Below are positions 49,884 to 60,559 of a stretch of 64,000 nt of DNA, piece by piece. The DNA comes from a virus (taxonomy: Duplodnaviria > Caudoviricetes). How positions within the stretch are numbered: the stretch's first letter is position 1; each line of letters opens with the position of its first letter. A program made the translations under genes and the position numbers. The stretch covers positions 1-64,000 of IMG/VR virus record IMGVR_UViG_3300013121_000029; one strand, given 5' to 3'. The notes below the pieces were generated by a model, which worked only from the letters and a program-made list of their open reading frames with translations, was not told the origin of the DNA and searched no databases.

Positions 49884-50333
49884 TTAGTAATTAAATAACC
49901 TCACTTTTACATTGTGTCCAATAAGATATGGAACACCATCTCCTTGACTGTTTTGTGGATAATATTCTTTATATACCACTTCTTTAATGCCTGAGTTTTG
50001 GATACGTTTAGCACAAGGTAAACAAGGACTCACAGTCAAATACATTATTGCATTTTCAGATCCGAAAGTAGACTTTGTAAGTTTATCCAACGCATTTTCT
50101 TCTGCATGTAAAACTTCTGGTTTAGTAATCATTGTACCATCTTCTAAAACATGCTCACAATCATTTGAATCACCAGAAGGAGTCCCGTTCCACCCATGAG
50201 AAATAATTTGAGTATCTTTAATTATAATACATCCCACTTGTTTTCGTCTTGCATAACTCATTAATGCTACTCGACTTGCTAGATCCATGTACAATGTATC
50301 ATACTTTAATTGTTTTTCTTGTTCAATTGTCAT
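49884..50333 (-). CDS. dCMP deaminase
   Basis: QVGC, GWNGTP, LHAEENA, SPCLPCAK. Confidence 0.93.
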   Translation of the reverse strand: MTIEQEKQLKYDTLYMDLASRVALMSYARRKQVGCIIIKDTQIISHGWNGTPSGDSNDCEHVLEDGTMITKPEVLHAEENALDKLTKSTFGSENAIMYLTVSPCLPCAKRIQNSGIKEVVYKEYYPQNSQGDGVPYLIGHNVKVRLFNY

Positions 50334-50577
50334 AAAATGTTACTACTCCATCTTTATCATCTAAGTAAGGAAACAACCCTTGAGCAGCAGTATACGGAAA
50401 GGGTGTTCCGAAATTTATAACAGTTTGAGCATCTTCTTGTTCATTACTTGGTTCTTCTACTACTCCTATAAAGGCACATTGGTGTTGATTCTTATCTTCA
50501 ACTAATACAACACCAATTAATCCTGATAGTCCATGAAACCAAAAATAATCAACGACTTTGTAAGATGATGGACTCAT
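50323..50577 (-). CDS. hypothetical protein
   Basis: Packed ORF with GAGG. Confidence 0.55.
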   Translation of the reverse strand: MSPSSYKVVDYFWFHGLSGLIGVVLVEDKNQHQCAFIGVVEEPSNEQEDAQTVINFGTPFPYTAAQGLFPYLDDKDGVVTFYDN

Positions 50578-50582
50578 ATTTA

Positions 50583-51155
50583 TTACCTCAATTTAACACC
50601 TGTTTCGATTCCTGTTTCGAATGCATTGTTAGCATAACCACTCTTAATAGGAGTACACATTTTTTCTAAATCTTTGACTTTTGGAAATCCAAGAATACGT
50701 AACATTAAACCACTAACAGCATAGTTACGATAATTTTGATACTCGGCACATTGATCGAGTAATATAGTTTGTTCGTTTTCGAATTTATTACGACCTGCTT
50801 CTATCATAGTTTGAATTGTACGATATAATGCAGGATCAATTGAGGGATTATTTTCTTTAATCCATTGCCAAGTGGCTTGACTTCCATTCTCACCATAACG
50901 TCCACCAATTGCAGCTTGAACAACTTTTGTCAAGTCATCTCTCGCCATATCAGTCACTTGTGCAGCTTCAACGATCTTTAAAGAATATGCTGAAAGAACA
51001 TTTTGGTTATTCTTGTATGTTCGTTCGATTCCTGTTTCATAACTAATTGCAGTATTGTGAACGTTGATAAGCATTCCTACAATTGCTAGGATCGGAACGA
51101 CGATACAAAATATAATTGTTGCTATAAGTACTACAGTTTTAATGTTACTATTCAT
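50583..51155 (-). CDS. membrane-anchored phage protein (LemA-like helical)
   Basis: N-terminal TM; GRYG, WIKE.NP, IEAGR..F. Confidence 0.6.
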   Translation of the reverse strand: MNSNIKTVVLIATIIFCIVVPILAIVGMLINVHNTAISYETGIERTYKNNQNVLSAYSLKIVEAAQVTDMARDDLTKVVQAAIGGRYGENGSQATWQWIKENNPSIDPALYRTIQTMIEAGRNKFENEQTILLDQCAEYQNYRNYAVSGLMLRILGFPKVKDLEKMCTPIKSGYANNAFETGIETGVKLR

Positions 51156-51197
51156 TTGTTAGGGACCTCTTTTGATAAGTTCATAGTTAATATACTT

Positions 51198-52358
51198 TTA
51201 TTTTGTAAATGGATCAACATCGTTTTTATGGAAAAATATTGTCAGCCCTATTGGACATAAAAAGCATATAAATCCAACGATCCACAAAATCCAAACAGGA
51301 GGCTCAATCCTACTTTCTAAATATTTAAAATCTTCCATTTTAGGACGATTATAATTGGATTTGATTTGCTCCATAACAATTTTAGATATGTCTACTGGAT
51401 TTGTTTGTTCAGGAGAAAGAGATATTAGTTTATTACGTAATTCAACTTGGAACAATTCATTATTATAATTTTTTGCCCATGTCATAACATCAGCCCATAC
51501 TAATTTAGTATTAGTAGGATCATAACCCAAGAATATAACCACGTCGTTTTTCTTTCCGCCAACCCAAGCACGTTCGATATCATGTCTAATAGTACTATCA
51601 GGGTTGTTGGTTAAAATAACGGTTGCATTTACTTGATATATAGCACCAGCATCACGCAAAATGTTTCCTATTTCAAGATTATATGCTTCTAATAGATTTT
51701 GTTTATTTACATCTTTAAATTGTAAAGCCAATGCGTGTTTAGTGCGATAATAATCAAATACAATTGGATATACAGGAGCAACAATTTTAGCCTTATATCC
51801 AACAGTATTATTGAATAAACTATCAGGGGCTGCTTTCACATAATTAGTAAATGTGTGACTAGAACTAGCCGGTTCTCCCACGTATGCTTTTGTCCATCTT
51901 GGAGGTTCATTAGCTCCTTGTTTGTCAACACGAGAAATAGTATGTGTTGTAAAAGAGTCTGTAACGTACCATTTCCTTTCCCATGGATAATGATATTTGT
52001 ATTGTGTTTTATATCTTGGGTGACAAGTTCGGTGTCCCTGAGAATCTGTAGTACACCTGTCAGGATACACACGTTTTTGACGTGTAGAATATTCTGTGCA
52101 AAAGGAATCAGGCCAATCGTTCCATCCTGATGGACAAGTTTCTGTTCTTTGTGTTTTAGACAAAACCTTGCCATTAAGGATTTCTGTATCAACAGTTTGA
52201 GAATATTTTCCTGTAAAGTAGAATAATGATGAAGAAGTGACTACTATTAATATTGCGGTTGCGGTTTCAAACCAATTTATAGTCGATCGTAAAAACCATT
52301 TAGCTCCTAAAAACCAAATGATAGGAAACAATAAAAAGGCAATATAACGATAATCCAT
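51198..52358 (-). CDS. membrane protein (2 N-terminal TM, 1 C-terminal TM)
   Basis: Cys-containing loop, RVD.QG..EPPRW, NYVKA, W.GGKKNDVV. Confidence 0.65.
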   Translation of the reverse strand: MDYRYIAFLLFPIIWFLGAKWFLRSTINWFETATAILIVVTSSSLFYFTGKYSQTVDTEILNGKVLSKTQRTETCPSGWNDWPDSFCTEYSTRQKRVYPDRCTTDSQGHRTCHPRYKTQYKYHYPWERKWYVTDSFTTHTISRVDKQGANEPPRWTKAYVGEPASSSHTFTNYVKAAPDSLFNNTVGYKAKIVAPVYPIVFDYYRTKHALALQFKDVNKQNLLEAYNLEIGNILRDAGAIYQVNATVILTNNPDSTIRHDIERAWVGGKKNDVVIFLGYDPTNTKLVWADVMTWAKNYNNELFQVELRNKLISLSPEQTNPVDISKIVMEQIKSNYNRPKMEDFKYLESRIEPPVWILWIVGFICFLCPIGLTIFFHKNDVDPFTK

Positions 52359-52368
52359 GGTTTAATCC

Positions 52369-53103
52369 TCAATTATATTCAGTACCATCTTTACGTGTTA
52401 AATATTCTTCACTTACACTTTTAAGAATTACTCTACCAAGATCATAGTTAGTATATTCTAATTGTGGTGTAATAACAATTCCTTCACGCATGTGTAATTC
52501 TTTTCCTGACACTGTTTCTTTACCAGATGTATATCTTTTAATAAGATCAGGATTCCAAGGACCAAAATATAATACTGGAACACGTGTTAATCCTAATTGT
52601 TTAATAACAATCATCTTTTCGAATTCGTGCAGATATCTACCTTTTTTTGGCATTCCAATATACACATCAAATACTCTGAATTCAGTTCTAGTGAATCCAT
52701 AATCAAACCCATCTTGTACTCCTGGTCCAATTATTTCGCCTACAACATAAATGGGAGTTTCAGGAGTGAGGAACGAATGTTCTCCTGATTCACATAATTG
52801 TTTTAATCGTTGACCAATTGTTAATCCATTAACATCTAATGATTGTCTATATGTTCTAACGTATAGATTTTGGCTATTTGTTTCATTATCTTTAAATGCT
52901 AAACCTTTTGCTCCAAGACCTTTTGAAATAATAATTACCTTACCATCTTCGAATAACTCTGGTTGATCTTGTAATAAAGGATTATAACCTATTTGACAAT
53001 TTGTGCCATGAATTTTTTCTGTTACGGTTACTCTAACATCTTCATTAAATACACTTCCGTTGTAGGTAACATTCTTCGTGTTAATTAAAATTTTCGCTTT
53101 CAT
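52369..53103 (-). CDS. RNA ligase (DRB0094-like), C-terminal nucleotidyltransferase fragment
   Basis: TEKIHGTN motif I, GEIIGPGVQ, FRVFD, REGIV, LKSVS..YL; own promoter at 53133-53161. Confidence 0.88.
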   Translation of the reverse strand: MKAKILINTKNVTYNGSVFNEDVRVTVTEKIHGTNCQIGYNPLLQDQPELFEDGKVIIISKGLGAKGLAFKDNETNSQNLYVRTYRQSLDVNGLTIGQRLKQLCESGEHSFLTPETPIYVVGEIIGPGVQDGFDYGFTRTEFRVFDVYIGMPKKGRYLHEFEKMIVIKQLGLTRVPVLYFGPWNPDLIKRYTSGKETVSGKELHMREGIVITPQLEYTNYDLGRVILKSVSEEYLTRKDGTEYN

Positions 53104-53132
53104 ATTCTCAATCTCATAAATAGATAGATAAT

Positions 53133-53161
53133 ATTATACGTTAATAAAAGAAGAAATTCAA
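53133..53161 (-). promoter_or_regulatory. sigma70-type promoter for the ligase C-fragment
   Basis: TTGAAT-N17-TATAAT on -. Confidence 0.75.
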
Positions 53162-53162
53162 T

Positions 53163-53903
53163 ATGACAAAAACAATTCCGCAAGAACAAGTAATTCAAAG
53201 ATTCAGAACAATACATGGGGACAAATATGATTATTCTGAAGTCCAATATGAAAAAATGTTAATTAAAGTTTGTATTATATGCCCTCTTCATGGTAGATTT
53301 TTGATGAGACCTAATGATCATATATGGAATCATGGATGCCCTACATGCGGAAGTATACAAGGCAATAAAACCAAAATTAAAAATGAGAAAGCATCTGTGG
53401 ATGAACACGGAAAAACAAAATTTGAAAAAAGATATGAAAAAATACACGAAACAAGACGTCGAAATCAAAATTATAAATCAGCAGCCATTAAACGCATACA
53501 CACAATGAAGAGTAACGGAAGTTACGAGACCTGGAGAAGAAATTGGTATAATAAAATGGTAGAAATAGGAAAGTTTTCTGACCCATCTGATTATGATTTT
53601 GTCACATATGAACGTTTTAAACGTCGAGTATATAGAGAAACACGAAAAACATTGAAACGATGGGGTTATTTAATAAACTTTGATTCCACATTATTTACTA
53701 CAGATCGTCTTGTTGTTGATCATAAATATTCTGTTAACCAAGGATTTCTCAATAAAGTGTCGGTATATACTTTATCCCATATTCGAAATTTAACAGTTAT
53801 GGATCATAGTTCTAACTCCAGAAAAGGATCAACATGTTCAATAAGCTTAGAACAATTACTAGAAGATATTAATAATTTTGATCAAACTTGTATTGACGGG
53901 TAA
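53163..53903 (+). CDS. HNH homing endonuclease inserted antisense within the RNA ligase gene
   Basis: N-terminal HGDKYDY..CPLHG..GCPTC; C-terminal VDHKYS...NL......N.RK; TAAATA at ~53117. Confidence 0.85.
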   Translation: MTKTIPQEQVIQRFRTIHGDKYDYSEVQYEKMLIKVCIICPLHGRFLMRPNDHIWNHGCPTCGSIQGNKTKIKNEKASVDEHGKTKFEKRYEKIHETRRRNQNYKSAAIKRIHTMKSNGSYETWRRNWYNKMVEIGKFSDPSDYDFVTYERFKRRVYRETRKTLKRWGYLINFDSTLFTTDRLVVDHKYSVNQGFLNKVSVYTLSHIRNLTVMDHSSNSRKGSTCSISLEQLLEDINNFDQTCIDG

Positions 53904-54461
53904 TATAGGATTTCCTAATACATCACATTCGACTTCTATTTCTTCTGTAGATGACAGACTTTTCAATGGAGATTTGAAATTTTCAAGATCGTAATGTAAA
54001 GTAAATCCTGGAATATATGCTACATCACCACCAAATGATGGAGGAGGTACAGGTTCATATTTTGTAATACCTAAAAATTCAGCAACATCGTCTCCTTCCT
54101 TAACTAAGAGGACTTCTGCTGCTTCTGGATGTCCTTCTATGTTTACAGGACGTTCGATATCAGCATCATCAGAATCACCATTTACAGGAAATATTAATCC
54201 CTCAGAAAGTTGGCCACGGAGGCGAATCTCCTTCACTCTATTTTTATTTGGTCCAGCTAATTTGCCGACTAATTCTAATTTTTCGACAATCCACTGTGGA
54301 AGTAATGATGCAGGAGGAATGAATACTGCTAGATCTCCTGTTTTGTAGAGACCTTTTTTAACAATAGAACGATACTCCCCTATACGTGCAAGTTCTATGG
54401 CATCTGCATTAGGATGCGGTTCGATAGTTAATTTAAGTACTTGGACTTTAAATGTTGACAT
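53859..54461 (-). CDS. RNA ligase (DRB0094-like), N-terminal OB-fold fragment
   Basis: IEPHPNADAIE, VKKG..K.GD.AVFIP..S.LP, RLRGQLSEGL, LGITKYEP, YDLEN. Confidence 0.85.
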   Translation of the reverse strand: MSTFKVQVLKLTIEPHPNADAIELARIGEYRSIVKKGLYKTGDLAVFIPPASLLPQWIVEKLELVGKLAGPNKNRVKEIRLRGQLSEGLIFPVNGDSDDADIERPVNIEGHPEAAEVLLVKEGDDVAEFLGITKYEPVPPPSFGGDVAYIPGFTLHYDLENFKSPLKSLSSTEEIEVECDVLGNPILPVNTSLIKIINIF

Positions 54462-54520
54462 GATATATACTCTAAAAAGATTTATAGAGTATTATCATTT
54501 AAAATAAATTGATAATCAAC

Positions 54521-55054
54521 TTATACGAATATCCTTCCTAGAACTTTAGTTACCCGTGAAACGTCAGATGGATGAAACGTTGTGCCATTCTGTCCACACG
54601 AGAAATTACCTTCGACTACTTTAGGAGCACCTTCTAAAGTAGTTAATTTGTTTTCATAACAAAAAAATCCCTTAGGTCCTATACGAGAAGGTGCACCCTT
54701 GAGTGATATTAATTGATTACCAACACATGAATATTCTCCATCTACCTCCGAAGGTGAATATTGTAATGTGGTTAATTCGTTGTGTGAACAGTCAAAATTA
54801 CCTTCGACTACTTTAGGAGCCCCTTTAAGCGAAGTTAATTTATTATATGAACAATCAAAATCACCTTCAATCGTTCCAAATTGTATATCTATCGAAATTA
54901 ACTTGGCACCTGACAAATTTACATTGCCCATAACGTGAACATGACCTGAATGTTTCCCCACCACATAATTGTTAATGTTATATTTCCTACACCATTTATG
55001 TATTGCTGAATGATCTGGCTCTGTAGTTTCTGTTAATAAGTCAGTTAGTTTCAT
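54521..55054 (-). CDS. LRR-like repeat protein, type A copy 3
   Basis: Same cap (WC.KY.I.NY..GKHSG.VHV.GNV.LS) and 22-aa repeats. Confidence 0.85.
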   Translation of the reverse strand: MKLTDLLTETTEPDHSAIHKWCRKYNINNYVVGKHSGHVHVMGNVNLSGAKLISIDIQFGTIEGDFDCSYNKLTSLKGAPKVVEGNFDCSHNELTTLQYSPSEVDGEYSCVGNQLISLKGAPSRIGPKGFFCYENKLTTLEGAPKVVEGNFSCGQNGTTFHPSDVSRVTKVLGRIFV

Positions 55055-57102
55055 GTCATGTAAGTTACGTTATCAGCACGTGAAGTATTAAGTTGTCTCA
55101 AAAATGCTTCATATGTTTCTTTACTATCAAGAATTAAGAAGGCACCACGATTGCGTAATAAGGTAACAATATTTCTAAAATTATCCCCGTGTAATATATC
55201 ACTATCAGATGCAACAATAATATTATACTTGTCAGTAATAGCTTCTTGTGCAATTCCTAATTCTGCAGTTGTGAAAGCAGTACCACCATTTTGCGTCATA
55301 TTAATTACTTGTGATAATTTATGAGTCCAGGTTGAAGGTGAATCTTTAACAGAGTTAACAGGAGCAGCTATATCCCCCTCAACTTGTGCTTTAAATAAGG
55401 AATACCCATCACTGAATCTCATAATAGCAAATTGTGTTTTACGGAAAGCTGTCTTACTAGCAAGTTCAAGAACGCTCTTGTTGATAGAACCAATAATAGG
55501 AGACATTGATCCTGACGAGTCTAATATAAACAATAGTTTAGCTGTAGTCTCGACTCCAATTTCGCCAGGAGAAACGGAACCAGATCCTGTTTGTTTAACC
55601 TGCAAGGCAGTTCTTCCGGCACTTCTTGTATTCATTCTTTGATATGTTTCTTCAGTTTCTTGAGCAGCATTTAGCACTAATTGACGAATGATTTCCTTCC
55701 AAGAAATTCGTGGAGGTTGTGGAGTTACAGCAGTAATTTTTCCAGCACCGCTTCCAGGTTGTCCTGTGGATTTAGATTTAGCAGGAGGTTGATCTTTTAC
55801 ATCATCCTTACGTTCCTCTTTAACCTGTTCAGCAATTTTCTTACTTACTTCATCCACCACTTGGTTAATATTTTGACCAGGTTTAGTATGAATATCAATT
55901 GATTGCTGTCCTTTTTCAGGTGGATTAGTGTCATCAATATTAACATTAGTTTCCTCACCTTCTTCGTTACCAGGATCATGATCGTCCGTTTGACGATCTA
56001 ACCAATCTTCAATATCGCTACCATTTTCCCCATCACCTGGATCACCACCTTCGCCATCTTTACTTTCATCATCTTTACTTTCTTTTAATTTTTGTAATTC
56101 TTCTTTAACAATTTTGTACATCAATTCATAACTGTCTTGACGGTCATAGTTAATTTCGTCACAAAATAATCCCATAGGAAGCGGAGAGAATCCGCTTTTT
56201 GCTAGTAAGTAGTTAGAACGGAAGTCACCAACATAGTTAATAATTTTAGGATTTGCTTTTCCACCATTATCTGGATCTTTAATGATTTTTTGATAATAAA
56301 AATCACTATGTGTAAAATGCATGTATTCATGTAGAATTAAAAACTCAATATAAGCATACTCTGGTGGGAATTTACCACCATTGTTTGTATATTTTAATCC
56401 TTGTGGTTGAAGTTTAATTATATGAGCATAATCCATTAATTTTTGCATAAACAAAATATTAAAGATAAATGTACCACTTGGAGTAGCAGCTGCAGTATCG
56501 ATAGAAGCCCATCTATCTTCTTTTGTAGATTGTTTATTCTTTTTTCTCTCTAATCTTTCTTCTTTTTCTTTTTGTAATTGTTCGGCTTTTTTAGGATCAA
56601 TAAGATCGTTGCCGTGTCCAGGATGAACTCTTGTGAACACAAAGTCTTCATTTTTTAATGGTTTACGTTCAAGATAACTAACAAGTGGAAAGAATTCAGG
56701 CATCTCAGACTTAAGTTTATTGAGTAACCTTTCAAATATAACTTTTGAAAATTTTGGACCCCCGACGTCAACATCTACGTTACAAAATAAATCAAATAAT
56801 GTACTTTCGATAAAATTGTTCTTCATTGTCGAAAATAATAATGGAGCTAATTTTTCTTTTCCGTTTAAATTTGCGACTTTTTCGTTTATTAAATCAACAA
56901 CAACTGCTGGTGCCACATTTGCAGCCTTTGCGACGATTTTAATGACATCTTGAATATGAGGATCATTTAACGATGAAGCACGGAATTTCACTGTTCCGCG
57001 TTTGGCTTTTGTTATATCCATAGAAGCCTCACGAATAATCTTCGGAGGCATATCAAGTGATACCTTTTGTGTCATTCTATCTCTTAAGGATAACAATTTC
57101 AT
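55051..57102 (-). CDS. HEXXH metallopeptidase-like + VWA domain protein (DUF2201-like)
   Basis: IDTAAAT, ILHEYMH, N..GD...N, acidic/Gly linker, ISW...L, LDSSGSM MIDAS, GGT, SD.D. Confidence 0.85.
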   Translation of the reverse strand: MKLLSLRDRMTQKVSLDMPPKIIREASMDITKAKRGTVKFRASSLNDPHIQDVIKIVAKAANVAPAVVVDLINEKVANLNGKEKLAPLLFSTMKNNFIESTLFDLFCNVDVDVGGPKFSKVIFERLLNKLKSEMPEFFPLVSYLERKPLKNEDFVFTRVHPGHGNDLIDPKKAEQLQKEKEERLERKKNKQSTKEDRWASIDTAAATPSGTFIFNILFMQKLMDYAHIIKLQPQGLKYTNNGGKFPPEYAYIEFLILHEYMHFTHSDFYYQKIIKDPDNGGKANPKIINYVGDFRSNYLLAKSGFSPLPMGLFCDEINYDRQDSYELMYKIVKEELQKLKESKDDESKDGEGGDPGDGENGSDIEDWLDRQTDDHDPGNEEGEETNVNIDDTNPPEKGQQSIDIHTKPGQNINQVVDEVSKKIAEQVKEERKDDVKDQPPAKSKSTGQPGSGAGKITAVTPQPPRISWKEIIRQLVLNAAQETEETYQRMNTRSAGRTALQVKQTGSGSVSPGEIGVETTAKLLFILDSSGSMSPIIGSINKSVLELASKTAFRKTQFAIMRFSDGYSLFKAQVEGDIAAPVNSVKDSPSTWTHKLSQVINMTQNGGTAFTTAELGIAQEAITDKYNIIVASDSDILHGDNFRNIVTLLRNRGAFLILDSKETYEAFLRQLNTSRADNVTYMT

Positions 57103-59705
57103 TATGCTGTGGCCTCTTGTACAACAGTATTAGCAACATCATCTTGTTCAACGAACGCACTTACTACATCGAATAAAATATCTGGTTCAAGTTTGTCCTT
57201 AATTTCATTTTTCTTAATTCTGCAACTGGACACTTGATTTACACGATCGTTTGATACTTCATGCATAATCAAGGTGGTACGTAATACGATGAGGAAGTTT
57301 GCAAGGAAGCTGACTTGTAATGAATCATCTTGTGCAAATGTACCTTGTTCAATGTTAGGACGTAATACTGGATGAGATTGATCTAACAAATATTGCTGAG
57401 CACGTTTATCATTTTCAGTCATATATAAAGCCACGTTCTTCATTGCTGAATCGAATTCAGGATGTGATACGCTCTTATTTGCATTTATTAATTCTTCATC
57501 TTCAGGCATATCTTTCAATGGTTTCTTCAAAGACAAATAGTCTTGTAATACATCATCTAAACTCTTACGTAATGTAGGACGTTTGACGAATAAATTACCG
57601 AACACACTTACATCTAAGTTATCAAACCACTCACGTAATACATTATAAATGTTTTGATAATCTAAAGCACCATGCTTATATTGGAAAGAGTTTGTAGTTG
57701 CTTCTTCAAATGCTTCAGCCATTGTCTGTGTAACATATTCTTTTGACTTAATTTTATCTTCAAACACTTCAGGATTTCTTTTTAATTTATCTAAAATAGT
57801 ATCAACAGAATCGACCATGTGCTTATATAATGATTCATATTCACGTGGAGAGAAGTAAAATTCACTTGATCCGACATGTAAGTTAAATGGTTTCTTAGAT
57901 TCAGGAACACCTGGAGTCTTTGATTTAAATTGTGAAACAAATGTTTCTATTACAGCTTGAACTGCATCTTTAGCATCAGGTGAGGCGTCCACATCTAAAT
58001 TTTTAATGTAATTCCAAGTCGAGTTCCAATTACCATATGCTGGAATAATATCAACCACGTCTCTAAAATGTTCTGTTAATTGTGAAGTGGCGCCACCAAT
58101 AGGGTTAATTGCACCAACAACGATTGATCCGTCAGGAATTTTGATGAGATTTCCTTTTTCATCAGGACCAAAATTTTTCTCAAGCATAATTCTACGTAAA
58201 GCATTAAACACTTTAGTTGATTGTACGCGATTGATTTCGTCGAAGAAAATTAAATATTTCCATTCTTTATTAGGAAATTCTTTAATTAATTGTTCAGCTT
58301 TTTTCGGATCATCCTTGTATTGCTCACGCCAATAATCAAATAACACTTTCTCAGCACTTTTCTTTTGTGTCATAATACGTTGATAAAGTTCTGGTTCAGA
58401 GAAGTGTACTTTACGATTGCCTTCTTGATCTTCTTGTGCCAATGGAATACCAATAACGGATTCAGGATTTAATACTGTCGCTTCGATAGGAATATATGCT
58501 AATCCTAAATCGTGAGCAATTTTTAAAGAATTAGTTGTTTTTCCGATTCCCGGAGGACCAGACACGATAGGAATATATTTTCTATACTCTCCTAATTTCA
58601 TTTGAGCTCTAACAAGAGAGAATAGTGTATCTCTCCAACTTGTATCATCTAATGTTTGATGTTCGTCAACGGACATTTTTGACGTAGCTTTCATTGCGTC
58701 AATTGTTAATTTCATTACTTTTGAACTCAATTCACCAAAATGTTTATCGATATAATGATAGAAATTATGTTTTACGTTTGTAAGTAATTGTTTTGCTTCT
58801 GCTTCATTTTCGACAGGTAAGGAGGCACAAATATACAACATCAATTGTTCCCATCTACGAGGAGAAATTCTGACTCCACGATCAGTATAATTTATATCAT
58901 CATCTGTAAGATGTTCACGGAAGATTTTAATTACATCAGGGTTAATATCTACACGAGGATTTTTTTCGTGTTTAGATTCAAACCAATCAAACCATTCTTC
59001 TTTTGTTGGAGCTTCATGTTTAAGAATTAACCAATCTTCATTTGACAGTACTGGTTCAACAGCACCATGAGTAATGTCGCTCATATTTGAAGCATAGATG
59101 ATATACACACTATCAGGTACTTTATCCATACCGATATTACGGTTTAGCAATCCACGTAAGATGTTTCTTGTTCTTGTAGAAGATTGTCTATAGTATTCAT
59201 CTAAAAATAGAATGCAATTATAACGATCACGTGCCTTCTGAATAGTTGGTGGAATAGTTTTTTCGTCACCACCCATTCTCATAAACAATTGTTGAATGTG
59301 GCTCGGAGCGTCAGCAATTTCTTTCAAATAATCTGAATCACTTATTTTTTTAACTGCTTTAATTTTAGTTAATAAATTAGATTCTGCTAATTGGATTTGA
59401 TATTGTGTTCCTTTCGATGCTTGATCTTTCATGTCTTCTAAATCAACAGATACAGAATCGCCAGTTGATTTATTTGTGACCGGATCGAACGTGATAAAAG
59501 GAATATTAATCAAATGTTCTTCAATAATATGTGGAATCTCAATTACAATTGTTTTAATACCAGTTAATTTAGACAATAATTCAATACTACTAGTCTTTCC
59601 TATACCAGGATCACCAGTTAACAATGCTCCTGCTGGAGTTGTTGAATTCATGTTTTTAATAATCTTAGTTAATTGTTTTTCTATTTTTGTGCCCATTAAA
59701 TTCAT
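57102..59705 (-). CDS. tandem AAA+ ATPase (MoxR/dynein-related)
   Basis: Two Walker A (GDPGIGKT, GPPGIGKT), two Walker B (LFLDEYYR, IFFDEINR), two SPR sensor motifs. Confidence 0.9.
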   Translation of the reverse strand: MNLMGTKIEKQLTKIIKNMNSTTPAGALLTGDPGIGKTSSIELLSKLTGIKTIVIEIPHIIEEHLINIPFITFDPVTNKSTGDSVSVDLEDMKDQASKGTQYQIQLAESNLLTKIKAVKKISDSDYLKEIADAPSHIQQLFMRMGGDEKTIPPTIQKARDRYNCILFLDEYYRQSSTRTRNILRGLLNRNIGMDKVPDSVYIIYASNMSDITHGAVEPVLSNEDWLILKHEAPTKEEWFDWFESKHEKNPRVDINPDVIKIFREHLTDDDINYTDRGVRISPRRWEQLMLYICASLPVENEAEAKQLLTNVKHNFYHYIDKHFGELSSKVMKLTIDAMKATSKMSVDEHQTLDDTSWRDTLFSLVRAQMKLGEYRKYIPIVSGPPGIGKTTNSLKIAHDLGLAYIPIEATVLNPESVIGIPLAQEDQEGNRKVHFSEPELYQRIMTQKKSAEKVLFDYWREQYKDDPKKAEQLIKEFPNKEWKYLIFFDEINRVQSTKVFNALRRIMLEKNFGPDEKGNLIKIPDGSIVVGAINPIGGATSQLTEHFRDVVDIIPAYGNWNSTWNYIKNLDVDASPDAKDAVQAVIETFVSQFKSKTPGVPESKKPFNLHVGSSEFYFSPREYESLYKHMVDSVDTILDKLKRNPEVFEDKIKSKEYVTQTMAEAFEEATTNSFQYKHGALDYQNIYNVLREWFDNLDVSVFGNLFVKRPTLRKSLDDVLQDYLSLKKPLKDMPEDEELINANKSVSHPEFDSAMKNVALYMTENDKRAQQYLLDQSHPVLRPNIEQGTFAQDDSLQVSFLANFLIVLRTTLIMHEVSNDRVNQVSSCRIKKNEIKDKLEPDILFDVVSAFVEQDDVANTVVQEATA

Positions 59706-60559
59706 TATGTTGCCCTCGCAAACTGTTGTAATCCTGCTTGTACTAATTCATCTTTGCAATCCATTGGATCAGGATCAGACATTTGCAAATGTCTGTTAAT
59801 AATTTGAACCGCTGTGTATAGTGGACCTCTGTCATCAGAGGATAAGTTAATTTTCGTGACACCATCAATCAACATAACACTTAATATTGAACTTGTGATT
59901 TGATCATCAATAGTAATTGACCCTTTCATTTTTTTTACATGTTTATGTAAATTAGCTAATGATGTAAATCCATTATATGATATATTTAAGCTGCCTTGTA
60001 TATTACTAGGCATTCCTTCAAATGATTTGATTTGTGGACAATTAGTAATAGTTAATCCTGATGCTAATTTTGGTTGTGAAGTTTGTAAAGTAGAAGGTAA
60101 TCCTTTTAATGATGTTAGCTTTTCATTATTTGCAAGATTAATAATACTAGCTTGTTGAGGACAGCCTTCTAAATTTGTAATATTTGTATTATCCACAATA
60201 AAATTTGTAACAGATGGTGGACAGCCTTTTAATGAAGTAAATTCTTCGCCATGAAGGGCAAGTTGAAATAAAGTACCAGAGAATTTAAATGCCAAATGAC
60301 CATCTTTAAGAAGATGTGTAACTTCTGATTTTGTGAAGTGGTCCATTTCAAGACTAATGATTTGATTAGGTGCTACCACTGTTAAATCGTCTGTAATTTC
60401 AAATTGAATTAATCTAGAACCATGTACTTGGCGTTCATGGTTAATAATATTAAACAACTTCTCTATGTGCTCTTTTTTTGCCTCTATAGAAGATTCGTTA
60501 ATTGGAGTAATGTTGTTAACAACAGATTGTTTTAAATTAGCGAAATCCGTTAACTTCAT
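59705..60559 (-). CDS. LRR-like repeat protein, type B copy 2
   Basis: TSLKGCP, TNLEGCP, TSLKGLP repeats; C-terminal tail shared with 48347..49138. Confidence 0.8.
   Translation of the reverse strand: MKLTDFANLKQSVVNNITPINESSIEAKKEHIEKLFNIINHERQVHGSRLIQFEITDDLTVVAPNQIISLEMDHFTKSEVTHLLKDGHLAFKFSGTLFQLALHGEEFTSLKGCPPSVTNFIVDNTNITNLEGCPQQASIINLANNEKLTSLKGLPSTLQTSQPKLASGLTITNCPQIKSFEGMPSNIQGSLNISYNGFTSLANLHKHVKKMKGSITIDDQITSSILSVMLIDGVTKINLSSDDRGPLYTAVQIINRHLQMSDPDPMDCKDELVQAGLQQFARAT

Noticed and set aside
53060-53975. Group I intron or split intein in the RNA ligase
   Set aside because: No intron core elements recognised and the C-fragment has its own promoter. SLSSTEEIEV resembles intein block A, but there is no block B and no terminal HN followed by C/S/T.
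7776-59799. Numerous short antisense or overlapping ORFs in the supplied track
   Set aside because: They lie within well-supported genes on the other strand or frame and show no recognisable motifs.
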